Source: Nostoc sp. DedSLP01 (GTDB lineage Bacteria > Cyanobacteriota > Cyanobacteriia > Cyanobacteriales > Nostocaceae). From it: a DNA stretch of 64,000 nt. The notes below the pieces were generated by a model that worked only from the letters and a program-made list of their open reading frames with translations, was not told where the DNA came from and did no database searches. Of the stretch, positions 10,744 to 21,311 are shown in pieces. Position numbers and translations under genes: made by a program. The DNA lies in the NCBI GenBank assembly GCA_034530875.2, contig JAVRCJ020000006.1:96001-160000 (forward strand), written 5' to 3'. Numbering within the stretch: the first letter of the stretch is position 1; the number at the start of each line of letters is the position of its first letter.

Positions 10744-11727
10744 CTATTTAGGATTGGAAGTCCCAAAAGCCCTCAGAGCTAAGTCTTGTGCTTGTTTCAA
10801 TGCAGTTTGTAATTGAGCAGAAATACCTTCTATTTGCTCGTTTTGTTTCTTGATTGTGTCTTCCAGAGATTGAATCTTTAATTCATAGCTCTGTTTGTTA
10901 GATTCCCATTCTTTCTCAAATAAATCAGCCTCAATTTTGGCTTTTTGGCTGGTTTCTTTAATTGCTTCTTCTCTTGCTTTCTTAACGGCTTCTTCCAATT
11001 CGTTAGGAAAGGTAGCTACTTTTTGTTGATAATCTGCAAATAGCGGCTGATGTTGAGTAAGTACTTTTTCTCGTTCTGTCCAGTCTTTCTCTTTCTTTTG
11101 AGAAGTTTCTTGGATTTCTCTTTCTTGTTGACGCTTGATTGCTTCGTAGCTGTCTGTATTAAGTTTACGAGTTGTTTCTAATTTATATTGATATTCTTCT
11201 TCTTCTTGCTGCCGTTCTTTAACTAATAAATCATTATATGCTTTGACTTTTTCTTCATACTCTGATTGGTCTTTCTGCCATTCTTTACGCCTCAGAGCAA
11301 TTTCTTTTTCTAGAGCTTCTTTTTTACTAATACTATCTTGTTCTAGAGTTTTAAGTTTTTCTTGGTGTTCTTGACTTAAAACATCTAAAGTATCGGCAAC
11401 AACTCGAATTTGCTGAAGCTCTTGTAGGCGTTGAGTTTCAATTTCTATTGCTTGGTTGAGTTCATCTAATTTAGAGTTTTCCTGCGCTAATTTTTCAGAT
11501 AATGCATTAACAATACTACCAAACTCTAATTGTAGATCGGCTAAACCCTTAATTATACTATCAACCGTATATGTCGAAGCTGCTTGCAGAATGTTTTGAC
11601 TTTTTGCCTTTTCTGCTTCCTCTTGTTTAGTTGCGATTTTAAATTCCAGCTTTTTCCTCTGGATTAGAATTTGTTGAAATGCTTGCATTAGTTGTTGTTT
11701 GCTGTCCTTGACTCCAACTGTAGTCAT
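10744..11727 (-). CDS. Coiled-coil-rich protein, probable ZicK (Alr4504-like)
   Basis: As above; ATG 11727 preceded by ggag preferred as start. Confidence 0.65.
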   Translation of the reverse strand: MTTVGVKDSKQQLMQAFQQILIQRKKLEFKIATKQEEAEKAKSQNILQAASTYTVDSIIKGLADLQLEFGSIVNALSEKLAQENSKLDELNQAIEIETQRLQELQQIRVVADTLDVLSQEHQEKLKTLEQDSISKKEALEKEIALRRKEWQKDQSEYEEKVKAYNDLLVKERQQEEEEYQYKLETTRKLNTDSYEAIKRQQEREIQETSQKKEKDWTEREKVLTQHQPLFADYQQKVATFPNELEEAVKKAREEAIKETSQKAKIEADLFEKEWESNKQSYELKIQSLEDTIKKQNEQIEGISAQLQTALKQAQDLALRAFGTSNPK

Positions 11728-12185
11728 ATTCCAACTCCGTTCTATAGGCAATAATTTATCGGGTAGCAAGCCATACCAATGACTACCCTATGCAGACATC
11801 AGAGTAGCCTTTACATCGTATTTTTAACGCAGTGTAAACACTGAAATAATTAACAAGCGACACCAAGGTTAGTACGAGTTATCCACATTTGTGTCTTTGT
11901 GTTTTCTAAGTGTATTTTTCGCTTTTGCTTTATAGTATTTTTGTACTAATAAATATACCGAAGCCAATTTATTCTTGTCAAGACAAAAATGAAGCGATTT
12001 ATCAAAATGCTATTGGTAGCTTGCAGCCACAGCGTTTTATAATCTTTTAGATAGGCCGCTGTGGCGAATGTAACTTTTTGTAAAGGAAATCTAAAAGAAT
12101 TAACCCTAGTAGAAGCGCGGTTACACTCAAGGGAGATAATAGATAGAGATCATCCTAATTGATACAAGCACAGTCCTAGACTTTT

Positions 12186-12947
12186 GTGATATCAATGTAT
12201 ACCAGTGAATCGACCAAGTATTCTGCCAGAACGGACATTGGACAAACCAGCCGAATTCTTGTAGTAGAAGATGAAGAGCTAATCCAGGAAATGCTTGCTG
12301 TAGCCCTCGAAGAAGAGGGTTTCGGGGTGATAACGGCCCCTGATGGGCGGTCTGCTGTAGAGTATCTCAAAAGTTTTGAAACCAACTCAGGGGAACTTCC
12401 CTTTGACTTGGTTATCCTTGATTTGATGTTGCCTCAGATCAATGGTTTAGATATTTGCCGTTTGATACGTCATCAAGGAAACCCAGTACCGATTTTAATG
12501 CTCAGTGCTAAGGGTAGTGAAACTGACCGAGTTTTAGGTTTGGAAGTAGGAGCAGATGACTACTTAACCAAACCCTTTAGTATGCGCGAGTTAGTGGCTC
12601 GCTGTCGGGCTTTACTTAGGCGTCAACGCTTAAGTACTTTGCCACAGTTACCAGTACTAAAATTCAAGGAGGTGACCTTAAATCCCCAAGAATGTCGCGT
12701 GCTGGTTCGCGGTCAAGAGGTGAGTCTTTCTCCTAAGGAGTTTCGTCTGCTGGAACTGTTTATGAGTTATGCCCGTAGGGTGTGGTCGCGGGAACAATTG
12801 CTAGACCAAGTTTGGGGCCCTGATTTTGTGGGGGATAGTAAAACCGTAGACGTTCACATCCGTTGGTTGCGGGAAAAATTAGAGCAAGACCCCAGCCATC
12901 CGGAATATATTGTGACTGTACGAGGTTTTGGCTATAGGTTTGGATAA
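12186..12947 (+). CDS. sphR: OmpR/PhoB-family response regulator SphR
   Basis: REC domain (VVEDE, LDLMLP, KPF) + winged helix (KTVDVHIRWLREK); upstream of kinase and phoU. Confidence 0.9.
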   Translation: MISMYTSESTKYSARTDIGQTSRILVVEDEELIQEMLAVALEEEGFGVITAPDGRSAVEYLKSFETNSGELPFDLVILDLMLPQINGLDICRLIRHQGNPVPILMLSAKGSETDRVLGLEVGADDYLTKPFSMRELVARCRALLRRQRLSTLPQLPVLKFKEVTLNPQECRVLVRGQEVSLSPKEFRLLELFMSYARRVWSREQLLDQVWGPDFVGDSKTVDVHIRWLREKLEQDPSHPEYIVTVRGFGYRFG

Positions 12948-13000
12948 TTAGTTGAGATAGTTGTTAGTTTTGAGTAATCACAAAAAAACTAACGACTCAA

Positions 13001-14323
13001 ATGCTTTTATTGGGATTTTTTCTGGGTTTAGCGGTAGGCATTGGGTTTTGGGTTTGGCAACAGGTTCAACTTAACCGCTACCTGAAACGCTTACTCCAAC
13101 CGTTAACCCCGCATTCTTACAAAGTGGGACTGCTGCTGATTCCTGGGTTACGGCAGGAAATTATGCTCTTGAGGCAGCAGCGACAAGATTTGCAACAATC
13201 GCTGCAAGCTTACCAAGAGGTGCTAGAGTTTGCACCAGTAGGATATTTGCAGGTAGATGAAGAAAATCAACTGTTGTGGTGCAATCAGCAGGCGCAAGAA
13301 ATTTTATATCTGCAAAGGTGGCAACCGGGACAGGTGCGCTTGTTGTTGGAGTTGGTACGGTCTTACGAACTAGATAATTTAATTGAAAAAACTCGCGATC
13401 GCCAAAAACCACAAACTAAGGAGTGGGTATTTCACCCATCTTGCGATAATGCGGTAGAAATGCCGACAATAAAATCTTTGACTTTACGGGCGTCTAGCTT
13501 GCCTTTACCTAACGGGCAAGTAGGCGTATTTTTAGAAAATCGTCAACCCCTATTAGATGTAAATCAAGCACGCGATCGCTCTTTTTCCGATTTAGCACAC
13601 GAACTCAGAACGCCCTTGACTTCGATTCGCTTGGTTGTAGAAACTTTACAAAACCGTTTGGAACCACCTTTAAATCGCTGGGTTAACCGCCTGATGCAAG
13701 AAGTCGATCGGCTAATTAGTTTGGTGCAAAGCTGGTTAGAACTCACGCAAATGGAAAGCAATCCCAACATGCAATTGCAAACCGAAGCTGTGGAATTGCG
13801 ATCGCTAATTACATCTGTTTGGGAAAGTCTAGAACCTTTAGCACAGCGACAACATCTGTCTTTAACTTATTCTGGGCCAGAAAATCTCTGGATTAAGGCA
13901 GATCCAGCCCGAATTTATCAAGTTTTTCTGAATTTGCTGGACAACAGCATTAAATATAGTCTTCCTTCTACTTCCATTCGCATCCAGGCAAAAATTTTAT
14001 CAACAGATAATAATGAGGGCAATGATACGCCATCTCTCGAAATAAATCTTATTGATTGTGGAGTCGGCTTTTCCCAAGCAGATTTACCCCATGTTTTCGA
14101 GCGATTTTATCGGGGAGATAAAGCCAGAACTCATTCCCCGCAGGATAATAATTCAGTAGGGGCGATCGTTGGCAATGGTTTAGGTTTGGCGATCGTTCAA
14201 CAAATTCTTTTGGCTCACGGTGGTTCAATTAAAGCAATGAACCATCCAGAAACTGGTGGAGCATGGATGCAAATTCTATTTCCGGAAGTAATGGCAAACT
14301 GTGTAAGCCAAGACTATAGTTAA
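13001..14323 (+). CDS. sphS: Phosphate-sensing histidine kinase SphS (PhoR-like)
   Basis: N-terminal TM, PAS-like region, HELRTPLT, NLLDNSIKY, GLGLAI. Confidence 0.9.
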   Translation: MLLLGFFLGLAVGIGFWVWQQVQLNRYLKRLLQPLTPHSYKVGLLLIPGLRQEIMLLRQQRQDLQQSLQAYQEVLEFAPVGYLQVDEENQLLWCNQQAQEILYLQRWQPGQVRLLLELVRSYELDNLIEKTRDRQKPQTKEWVFHPSCDNAVEMPTIKSLTLRASSLPLPNGQVGVFLENRQPLLDVNQARDRSFSDLAHELRTPLTSIRLVVETLQNRLEPPLNRWVNRLMQEVDRLISLVQSWLELTQMESNPNMQLQTEAVELRSLITSVWESLEPLAQRQHLSLTYSGPENLWIKADPARIYQVFLNLLDNSIKYSLPSTSIRIQAKILSTDNNEGNDTPSLEINLIDCGVGFSQADLPHVFERFYRGDKARTHSPQDNNSVGAIVGNGLGLAIVQQILLAHGGSIKAMNHPETGGAWMQILFPEVMANCVSQDYS

Positions 14324-14351
14324 AAATATCTAGACGTTTGAGATTATAGGT

Positions 14352-15020
14352 GTGGAAGTTGTTCGTTACAGCCCCAATTCTCAGAAACCCCAACTAGCAC
14401 GCGGTATTAGGCGTCTAGAACGGGATGTATTGCGCATGGGAGCTTTGGTGGAACAATCATTTCGCCTCAGCCACCAAGCGTTATTTGCGCGTAATTTAGC
14501 AGCAGCTGAGGAACTTCCCCGATTAGATAAAAAAATCGATCGCTTTTACAGACAAATAGAATCAGATTGTACGGCGATTATGACGCTGCAATCGCCAACA
14601 GCGCAAGATTTGCGTTGCTTGAGTGCTTTTATGCAACTGGTGCGAGACTTAGAGCGCATTGGTGATTATGCTAAAGATTTAGCTGAAATTGCCATTAAAA
14701 TCTTTCCTTATGCACCTCATACGTCTTTACCAGACATTGAAGTAATGTCCCATCACGCTCAGGCAATGTTAGCTACTAGCTTAGTGGCTTTAGCTGATTT
14801 TGATGAAGCAGGTGGGCGCGGTTTAAAGCACCTCGACGATACTGTAGACGATGCCTACGATCGCGTTTATCAAACTTTAGCCCAACAACGCGATGTGCCA
14901 GGCGTCGTCGAGCCAATTGTACTGCTGGCACTGGCGATTCGTTGTCTAGAACGCATGGCAGACCATGCAACTAATATCGGACAAAGAGTAGCATATATTG
15001 TCACTGGTCAACGTTCTTAA
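14352..15020 (+). CDS. phoU: Phosphate signalling complex protein PhoU
   Basis: DLERIGDYA and LERMADHATNI repeats. Confidence 0.95.
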   Translation: MEVVRYSPNSQKPQLARGIRRLERDVLRMGALVEQSFRLSHQALFARNLAAAEELPRLDKKIDRFYRQIESDCTAIMTLQSPTAQDLRCLSAFMQLVRDLERIGDYAKDLAEIAIKIFPYAPHTSLPDIEVMSHHAQAMLATSLVALADFDEAGGRGLKHLDDTVDDAYDRVYQTLAQQRDVPGVVEPIVLLALAIRCLERMADHATNIGQRVAYIVTGQRS

Positions 15021-15135
15021 TTCATCTGAGGCTGCAAAAAAGGCACAGGCTAATTTAAATTAAGCCCTATTGTATAGATTTTTGTCAATGATATGGCTTT
15101 GAAATAAATATCAGAAAATTAAGTTAAATAATTCT

Positions 15136-15165
15136 TTTTACAAAAAGCTTACCTTTTCTTAAACT
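15136..15165 (+). promoter_or_regulatory. Candidate SphR (Pho) box upstream of the Crp-family gene
   Basis: Three 8-mers at 11-bp spacing (ttttacaa, gcttacct, cttaaact) resembling the CTTAACCT-type cyanobacterial consensus. Confidence 0.45.
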
Positions 15166-15299
15166 TGCACAATTAAAGTAGTAGGCAAACAGCTAGATAA
15201 ATTCTGTTTTATCTCAGTAATAGTTAGCTCAAACCAAAAGCTATTCTCATGAAAAATTTTTGATTTGCCTGCTAGTTTTTGCAATAACTTTGGCATATA

Positions 15300-15402
15300 T
15301 ATAGCAATCCTATTTAATTTGTAAAACTACTTATAGAGGGAGGGAGTAGGGAATAGGGAATGGGGAGTAGATTTATTTGTAACTCCTAACAGGATTGCTA
15401 TA
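15300..15402. mobile_element. MITE-like element
   Basis: 12-bp terminal inverted repeat TATAGCAATCCT / AGGATTGCTATA with internal STRR-like purine run. Confidence 0.7.
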
Positions 15403-15529
15403 TAGGACTCATATTGATTTATGAAAAAAAATCAGTACGCCCAAACAAGGCTTCTTTTCCACTCCCTACTCCCCATTCCCTACTCCCTGTTTACGCAAAT
15501 AATTTCATGAATCAAGTCAGATTCCTATA
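15401..15529. mobile_element. Second abutting MITE-like element
   Basis: Imperfect TIRs TATAGGA...TTGATTTATGAAA / TTTCATGAATCAA...TCCTATA. Confidence 0.65.
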
Positions 15530-15596
15530 TAAATATCTAATCTAAAAAATATTAGATTTTTTATAATTGTCAGGTTAAATACTTCAAATAGTCTCG

Positions 15597-16214
15597 GTGA
15601 CTACTTTAGTGATGTATTCCACAATTCTCACTCCCAACTCTTGTGCGGTGTCAAACAATCCTGCTGTAAAAGAACAGGTATCGCACTATTTCTTTACACG
15701 TAGAGAAGTAATTCCGCCTCGCAATGATGTACTTTGGCGCATTGAACGTGGTGCAGTTCGTACCCTAACTTGGGATGAAGATGGAACGTTCATTACTCTT
15801 GGTTATTGGGGGCTAGGAGATATAATTGGCAATGGTTTATCTAAAATTAGACCATATCAAATCGAATGTCTGACAAGTGTAGAAGTCAGCATTGTCCCAG
15901 TTGAATTGTGGCATCAAGATGTCAATGCTTTATTGTCTCACATTCAACAAGCCGAGCATCTATTAGGCATAGTACATCGTAAACGAATTTCCTTACGCTT
16001 ATGGCAATTTCTGCTGTGGTTAAGTGAGAAATTTGGGCGCGACATAGATAAAGGCAAGGTGATAGATATCAATATTACCCATCAGGATATTGCAGAAGTT
16101 TTAAATACAACGCGAGTAACAATAACGCGGCTGTTACAACAGTTAGAGGAAGAAGGAGTAATTTTACGTCACAAGCGTCGCATTATTTTAGTGTCACCAA
16201 AATTAAATAATTAG
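15597..16214 (+). CDS. Crp/Fnr family transcriptional regulator (possibly PtrA-like)
   Basis: ITHQDIAEVLNTTRVTITRLL Crp HTH; degenerate cNMP-binding domain. Confidence 0.88.
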   Translation: MTTLVMYSTILTPNSCAVSNNPAVKEQVSHYFFTRREVIPPRNDVLWRIERGAVRTLTWDEDGTFITLGYWGLGDIIGNGLSKIRPYQIECLTSVEVSIVPVELWHQDVNALLSHIQQAEHLLGIVHRKRISLRLWQFLLWLSEKFGRDIDKGKVIDINITHQDIAEVLNTTRVTITRLLQQLEEEGVILRHKRRIILVSPKLNN

Positions 16215-16369
16215 TAATTTGAATTCAGCAGTATATTAATTTGCTTGTATTAATCACAGAAGATAATGTATAATCGGTGCTGTGATTTTGTGTGAAATAA
16301 CCCAAAAGTAAAGTGTTTTAAGCATTTTACTATGAGTTTGGATTAATAGGTGTGAGTGAAAGTAATAAC

Positions 16370-18001
16370 ATGACAAAGCAATTCTGGAATCTTATTAAAG
16401 TTAGTCCGGCTGTTCTAGCTGCTACATTTTTCGCTGCAAATAGCGCTTTTGCAGCTGAAGTTAACGAGCAAATTACAAATGTTGCTCAGTTATCTGAAGC
16501 TCAAGAGACTAACAACATCGATCAGGTAACATCTGTTTCTCAATTTTCCGACGTTCAGCCTACAGATTGGGCATTTCAAGCTTTACAATCCTTGGTTGAG
16601 CGCTACGGTTGTATTGCAGGTTATCCCAATAGTACCTATCGCGGTAACCGTGCTTTGACTCGTTATGAATTTGCCGCAGGTTTGAATGCTTGTTTAGACC
16701 GAGTTAACGAACTGATTGCTACAGCTACTGCTGACTTGGTAAGCAAACAAGACTTAGCTACCTTACAGCGCTTACAAGAAGAATTTTCTGCTGAATTAGC
16801 AACCTTGCGTGGTCGTGTAGATGCCCTAGAAGCTCGCACTGCTGAATTAGAAGCCAATCAGTTCTCTACCACCACCAAGCTAGTTGGGGAAGCAATTTTC
16901 AACGTATCTCAAGCTTTTGGCGATACAAGAGCAGTTGCAGCCGGCGATCCAACTCAAGACTTAGATGCCAACACCACTTTTGATGACCGGGTTCGTTTGA
17001 ACTTGTACAGCAGCTTTTATGGTACAGATCAGTTGCAAATCCGGATGAATGCTGGCAACATCATCTCTAACGCCGGTGTAACTGGTACTAACATGACCCG
17101 GCTGGGCTATGACGGTAATAGCGGCAACTCTGTTGTGTTCGATAAAATCAACTATGCATTCAACTTCAGCGATGCAGTACGCGTTAAAGTTGATGCTACT
17201 GGTGCTGAATTGTACGAAAACGTTAATACCTTCAACCCTGACTTTGCTAGTTCTGGTAGAGGTGCGCTCTCTCGGTACGGACGTTTCAGCCCCATCTATC
17301 GCCAAGGTCAAGGTGGTGCTGGTTTGACTGTTACTTTCAACCCTAACGGGCCGATCAGTTTGAGTGGTGCTTATTTAGCTAGAACTGCTAACGACCCTGC
17401 TGTTAATAGCGGTGTGTTCAATGGTGATAGCGTTATCTTTGGTCAGTTAAGTTTCAAACCTAACAAAGCGTTTAATATTGGTCTAAGCTACGCCCGTACT
17501 TATCAAACTGATACTATTGCTAACAACCTTTTCCAAGGTACAGGTAGTACTTTTGCTAACAGTCCTTTTGGAGCTGGCACTCGTACTCTATCCAACAACT
17601 ATGGTGTAGAGGCTACTTTCCAATTCAGCCCTAAATTGGCTCTGAGTGGTTGGGGAGGTTATACAACTGCTGATGCTAAAACTGGCCCTAATGCCGGTAC
17701 AGATGCAGATTTTTGGTACTGGGCTGGAGCGCTTGCTTTGAGAGACTTTGGTGGAGAAGGCAATGTCTTAGGAGTTATCTTTGGTCAATCACCTAGAGTC
17801 ACTGATGGTAGCATCAAAGATGTTGCAGCCAACGTTGGTTTAGACGATGATACCTCTTATCACTTAGAAGGTCTTTACAAGTTCAAGGTTTCTGACAACC
17901 TGCAAATCACTCCTGGTGTGTTGGTAATCTTCAATCCAGAACACAACGATGCTAACGACAACATTTATGTAGGTACCCTGCGTACTACCTTCACCTTCTA
18001 A
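16370..18001 (+). CDS. Cyanobacterial outer-membrane porin with SLH domain (Som/OprB type)
   Basis: Signal peptide, FSDVQPTDWAFQAL SLH, coiled coil, beta-barrel ending LRTTFTF. Confidence 0.95.
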   Translation: MTKQFWNLIKVSPAVLAATFFAANSAFAAEVNEQITNVAQLSEAQETNNIDQVTSVSQFSDVQPTDWAFQALQSLVERYGCIAGYPNSTYRGNRALTRYEFAAGLNACLDRVNELIATATADLVSKQDLATLQRLQEEFSAELATLRGRVDALEARTAELEANQFSTTTKLVGEAIFNVSQAFGDTRAVAAGDPTQDLDANTTFDDRVRLNLYSSFYGTDQLQIRMNAGNIISNAGVTGTNMTRLGYDGNSGNSVVFDKINYAFNFSDAVRVKVDATGAELYENVNTFNPDFASSGRGALSRYGRFSPIYRQGQGGAGLTVTFNPNGPISLSGAYLARTANDPAVNSGVFNGDSVIFGQLSFKPNKAFNIGLSYARTYQTDTIANNLFQGTGSTFANSPFGAGTRTLSNNYGVEATFQFSPKLALSGWGGYTTADAKTGPNAGTDADFWYWAGALALRDFGGEGNVLGVIFGQSPRVTDGSIKDVAANVGLDDDTSYHLEGLYKFKVSDNLQITPGVLVIFNPEHNDANDNIYVGTLRTTFTF

Positions 18002-18016
18002 AATCTGAGAATTTAA

Positions 18017-18054
18017 CTAAACAAAACCCCACCTGAAGGTGGGGTTTTGTTTAG
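18017..18054. terminator. Intrinsic terminator after porin (likely bidirectional)
   Basis: 17-bp perfect stem ctaaacaaaaccccacc-tgaa-ggtggggttttgtttag. Confidence 0.9.
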
Positions 18055-18065
18055 GAAAAAATTAG

Positions 18066-18329
18066 CTATGTAGAATTATAATCTTGAGAATTCGATCCAT
18101 CTTTTGGAGGGCGATCGCTACTCCAAGCCCACCACACACAACCACAGTGGCAATAATAGAATTCTTGCCATTTACGACGACGGTCTTCTGTCAGCACAGG
18201 CGATCGCCGATTTAACCAAACTTTTTCTGCTTCCAGGCTACTTGAGGAGCAGCTAGGACAGCAAAATTTATAAGCATGTATTGCCTGATTTGTCCATTCA
18301 GGTGGGAAGGGAGCAAAAGCGTCCATCAT
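18066..18329 (-). CDS. Small Cys-rich (Zn-ribbon-like) hypothetical protein
   Basis: CPSC...CHCG motifs; Trp-rich. Confidence 0.75.
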   Translation of the reverse strand: MMDAFAPFPPEWTNQAIHAYKFCCPSCSSSSLEAEKVWLNRRSPVLTEDRRRKWQEFYYCHCGCVWWAWSSDRPPKDGSNSQDYNST

Positions 18330-18648
18330 GAGGACAAGAAGTAGGGAGTAATAGTGGAGATTAGTGTAATTCAATCAAATGAAAAACACATTCTTAAAAA
18401 CTTAGCGATATTATTGATAATTCTTAATTTATAGAAGCTTTCACCAATAAAATACTTATTTTTAAGCATATTAACCAGAGATTACAAATCACAGGTTAAC
18501 ATAAAAAGTCTTCTCTTCAAGCTAGACCCCACAAATCTATAAAATTCTGCTTGTATAGGCGTATTACCTATCTTACTATTATCAATTATCAAAAACTTGA
18601 TATTTTAGGAACTAGTCAGTATGGACATTATGGCTAATAATTAAAATT

Positions 18649-19251
18649 ATGGAGCCAAATGCTGAAATTCGCCGTCTATTAGATGTGATGCCTGCTTCTG
18701 GCCGGATGACGACAAAAATTGTTAGCAAGCCGGAACAAGCAAAAGTGATTGACGCCTCCTTTCCTCAACCCTGGAATCAGGCGCGACCGATATACATTAA
18801 TTTCGATTTGTGGCGTCGCCTGACAAAGCCGCAAAGAGATTTGCTGCTGTTGCACGTGGTAAGCTGGTTAACGGGTGTGAAGTGGTTTAAACCCGATATT
18901 TATCAAGGTGTAGTGCTGGCTGGGTTGTTGGGTGGATTATTGGAAGCAGCACAATCAGATGTGGTGGGTGTAACCGTAGCAGGAGGCTTAAGTGCGATCG
19001 CTTTTGTTCGCATTTGGCGGACTAACAAATCTCAAGAATCAGAATTAAACGCTGATGCAGCAGCAATTCGGGTAGCACAGCGTCGCGGTTATTCAGAAGT
19101 TGAAGCCGCACAGCATTTGTTATCTGCAATTGAAGCAGTAGCCAAAATTGAAAGGCGTTCCAGTTTAAATTTTACCGAATTGATTCGTTGCCAAAACTTA
19201 CGAGCGATCGCTGGGTTGTCGCCAGTGAGTATGCCAGAAAATTATCAGTAG
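18649..19251 (+). CDS. DUF3318-like membrane protein
   Basis: EIRRLLDVMPASGRM N-terminus; two central TM helices. Confidence 0.8.
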   Translation: MEPNAEIRRLLDVMPASGRMTTKIVSKPEQAKVIDASFPQPWNQARPIYINFDLWRRLTKPQRDLLLLHVVSWLTGVKWFKPDIYQGVVLAGLLGGLLEAAQSDVVGVTVAGGLSAIAFVRIWRTNKSQESELNADAAAIRVAQRRGYSEVEAAQHLLSAIEAVAKIERRSSLNFTELIRCQNLRAIAGLSPVSMPENYQ

Positions 19252-19389
19252 AAATGAGCCAGAAGGTAGAAGGTAAAAACTGCTCATTCAAAGAATTTCA
19301 CGGTTGAGCTTATCTTTTACAAATAATAAATAAAACCCTTTACAAACTAAGGTAAATTTGAACAAAATCAATTTAACTTTGCATTAAAA

Positions 19390-20940
19390 ATGTTAAACAA
19401 CAAAATCATCAAATATACTTCGAGATTACCCTTTAATTCTCCTTGGTTTATTATAATTATTTTTTCAACGCTTGGTTTAATAGGTATTCTCAACCATTCG
19501 ATGTGGCGAGATGAACTCAATCCCTGGCTTATTGTCAGAGATAGTAAATCTTTTGGGGATTTGATTGCAAATATTCGTTATGAAGGTCATCCTGTTCTAT
19601 GGTATTTTTCTCTGGCATTTCTGAGAAAAATAGTTGATAACCCTGCGATAGTGCAAATTTTTCATTGGGTAATTACTGTTGTTTCAGTGAGTCTTTTTTG
19701 CCTTTATAGTCCTTTTAACTATCGACAGAAACTTCTATTTTCCTTTGGTTATTTTGCTTTTTACGAATATCTTTTAATTTCTCGAAACTATGCTTTTAGC
19801 ATGTTATTTGTTTTTACGTTCTGCACAATTTTTTCATCCAGAAAAATAACTTATGCTTATTTGGCAATTTTATTAGGCTTACTAGCAAACAGTAGTGCGT
19901 ATGGTTTACTTGTATCATTTTCTTTAGTATTAACTTTGCTAGCTGAATTTTGTTTTGATAGCAAACATCGCAACAATTATTTTCAACAAAGTAAAAAATA
20001 TGACTTATTTTTAAGTATTTTAATTATTATATTTTCTTTTACTTTATGTATTTATATTATTACTCCTCCAGCAGATAGTTATCTTTATGGTGGGTTAAAT
20101 AATGGTTGGATAATGGAATTAAATTTTCGGCATTTTTTGAGAAGCATTGGTAGAATATTTGGTAGTTATTTATTAATTATTCCCCAACACAAAAGCTGGC
20201 TAGATTTAATTATTTGCACGATAATTGCTTTAATCATTGTAAGTCTAACTTTAATTAAATTATCCAAAAAACCAACTGCTGTATTTTTATATATTATAGG
20301 AAACTTAATATTATTGACCTTTACATACTTGAGATTTCCAGGTATGCCTCGACATTTTGGACATTTCTATTTAATTTTCATAGCATCTTTATGGTTGGGA
20401 AGTTATTTTCAAGATTCTTCCCTTTTATTAAATAAGTTTTCTGTTCGTCCCAATTCACTTACACTTATTCGGGCTGATAAATGGCATCATCTTGCTTTGA
20501 TGTTAATTCTTTATGCCCAGTTTTTGGGAGGTGTTTATAGTTTTTCACGAGATTTAGTTTTACCATATTCTGCAAGCAAAGAAACATCTCAATATCTTCA
20601 AAAAGCTGGGTTAGATAATGAATTTATTGTTGCCAGCCGAGATGCGAATATGGCTCCTTTATCGGGTTATCTGAATCGAAAGTTTTACTATCCCGAGTTG
20701 CAAAAAATGGGCAGTTTTACCCTATTTAATAAAGGTCGTAAAGATGTTGAGCAAGCTGAGATATTAAACCAAGTTAATTCTTTACTAAAAAATCAAGCTG
20801 AGCAAAAGAAAATTTTGTTGATTTTAAATAAAAAATTGGATATCAAGCGCAATGATTTGAAAATTGTGCCGATTAAAGATTTTGAAAGAAACTGGGTCGA
20901 TAGCGAACGATATTATCTTTATTGGGTAGATGAAGCTTAA
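19390..20940 (+). CDS. Polytopic membrane protein, GT-C-like glycosyltransferase
   Basis: HSMWRDE...YEGHPVLWY first-loop motif; many TM helices. Confidence 0.7.
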   Translation: MLNNKIIKYTSRLPFNSPWFIIIIFSTLGLIGILNHSMWRDELNPWLIVRDSKSFGDLIANIRYEGHPVLWYFSLAFLRKIVDNPAIVQIFHWVITVVSVSLFCLYSPFNYRQKLLFSFGYFAFYEYLLISRNYAFSMLFVFTFCTIFSSRKITYAYLAILLGLLANSSAYGLLVSFSLVLTLLAEFCFDSKHRNNYFQQSKKYDLFLSILIIIFSFTLCIYIITPPADSYLYGGLNNGWIMELNFRHFLRSIGRIFGSYLLIIPQHKSWLDLIICTIIALIIVSLTLIKLSKKPTAVFLYIIGNLILLTFTYLRFPGMPRHFGHFYLIFIASLWLGSYFQDSSLLLNKFSVRPNSLTLIRADKWHHLALMLILYAQFLGGVYSFSRDLVLPYSASKETSQYLQKAGLDNEFIVASRDANMAPLSGYLNRKFYYPELQKMGSFTLFNKGRKDVEQAEILNQVNSLLKNQAEQKKILLILNKKLDIKRNDLKIVPIKDFERNWVDSERYYLYWVDEA

Positions 20941-21311
20941 GAAGAATGTGCGAAAGATTGTTATAGTTGTCAGCCAGATTATGCCAAAGAGCTAAAGCAA
21001 GGAACTAATTCTGCTTTCTTAGGCTTTTGTAAAGCTGTTCTGTTATAGCAACTAAAGGTTTGATTATTCTACAAGCAGAATGTGTCGCTAAAACGCCCAA
21101 AAATCAACCTTTTGCGTCCTTCGATCGGCTTGCGATCGCTGAGAAGTAGTTGTGATGGGTAAGGCTACTTTACACTGGAATAAGAGAACCTGTCATGAAT
21201 TGGCTTAGACTTCAGAGACTGAGGAGTTTATGATACCTTTTCGGTGTTAGTTATGAACTACTTACCTCGTGTGCTAAAACTTAATTTAAATTCTGTCAGT
21301 TACTAACGGAG

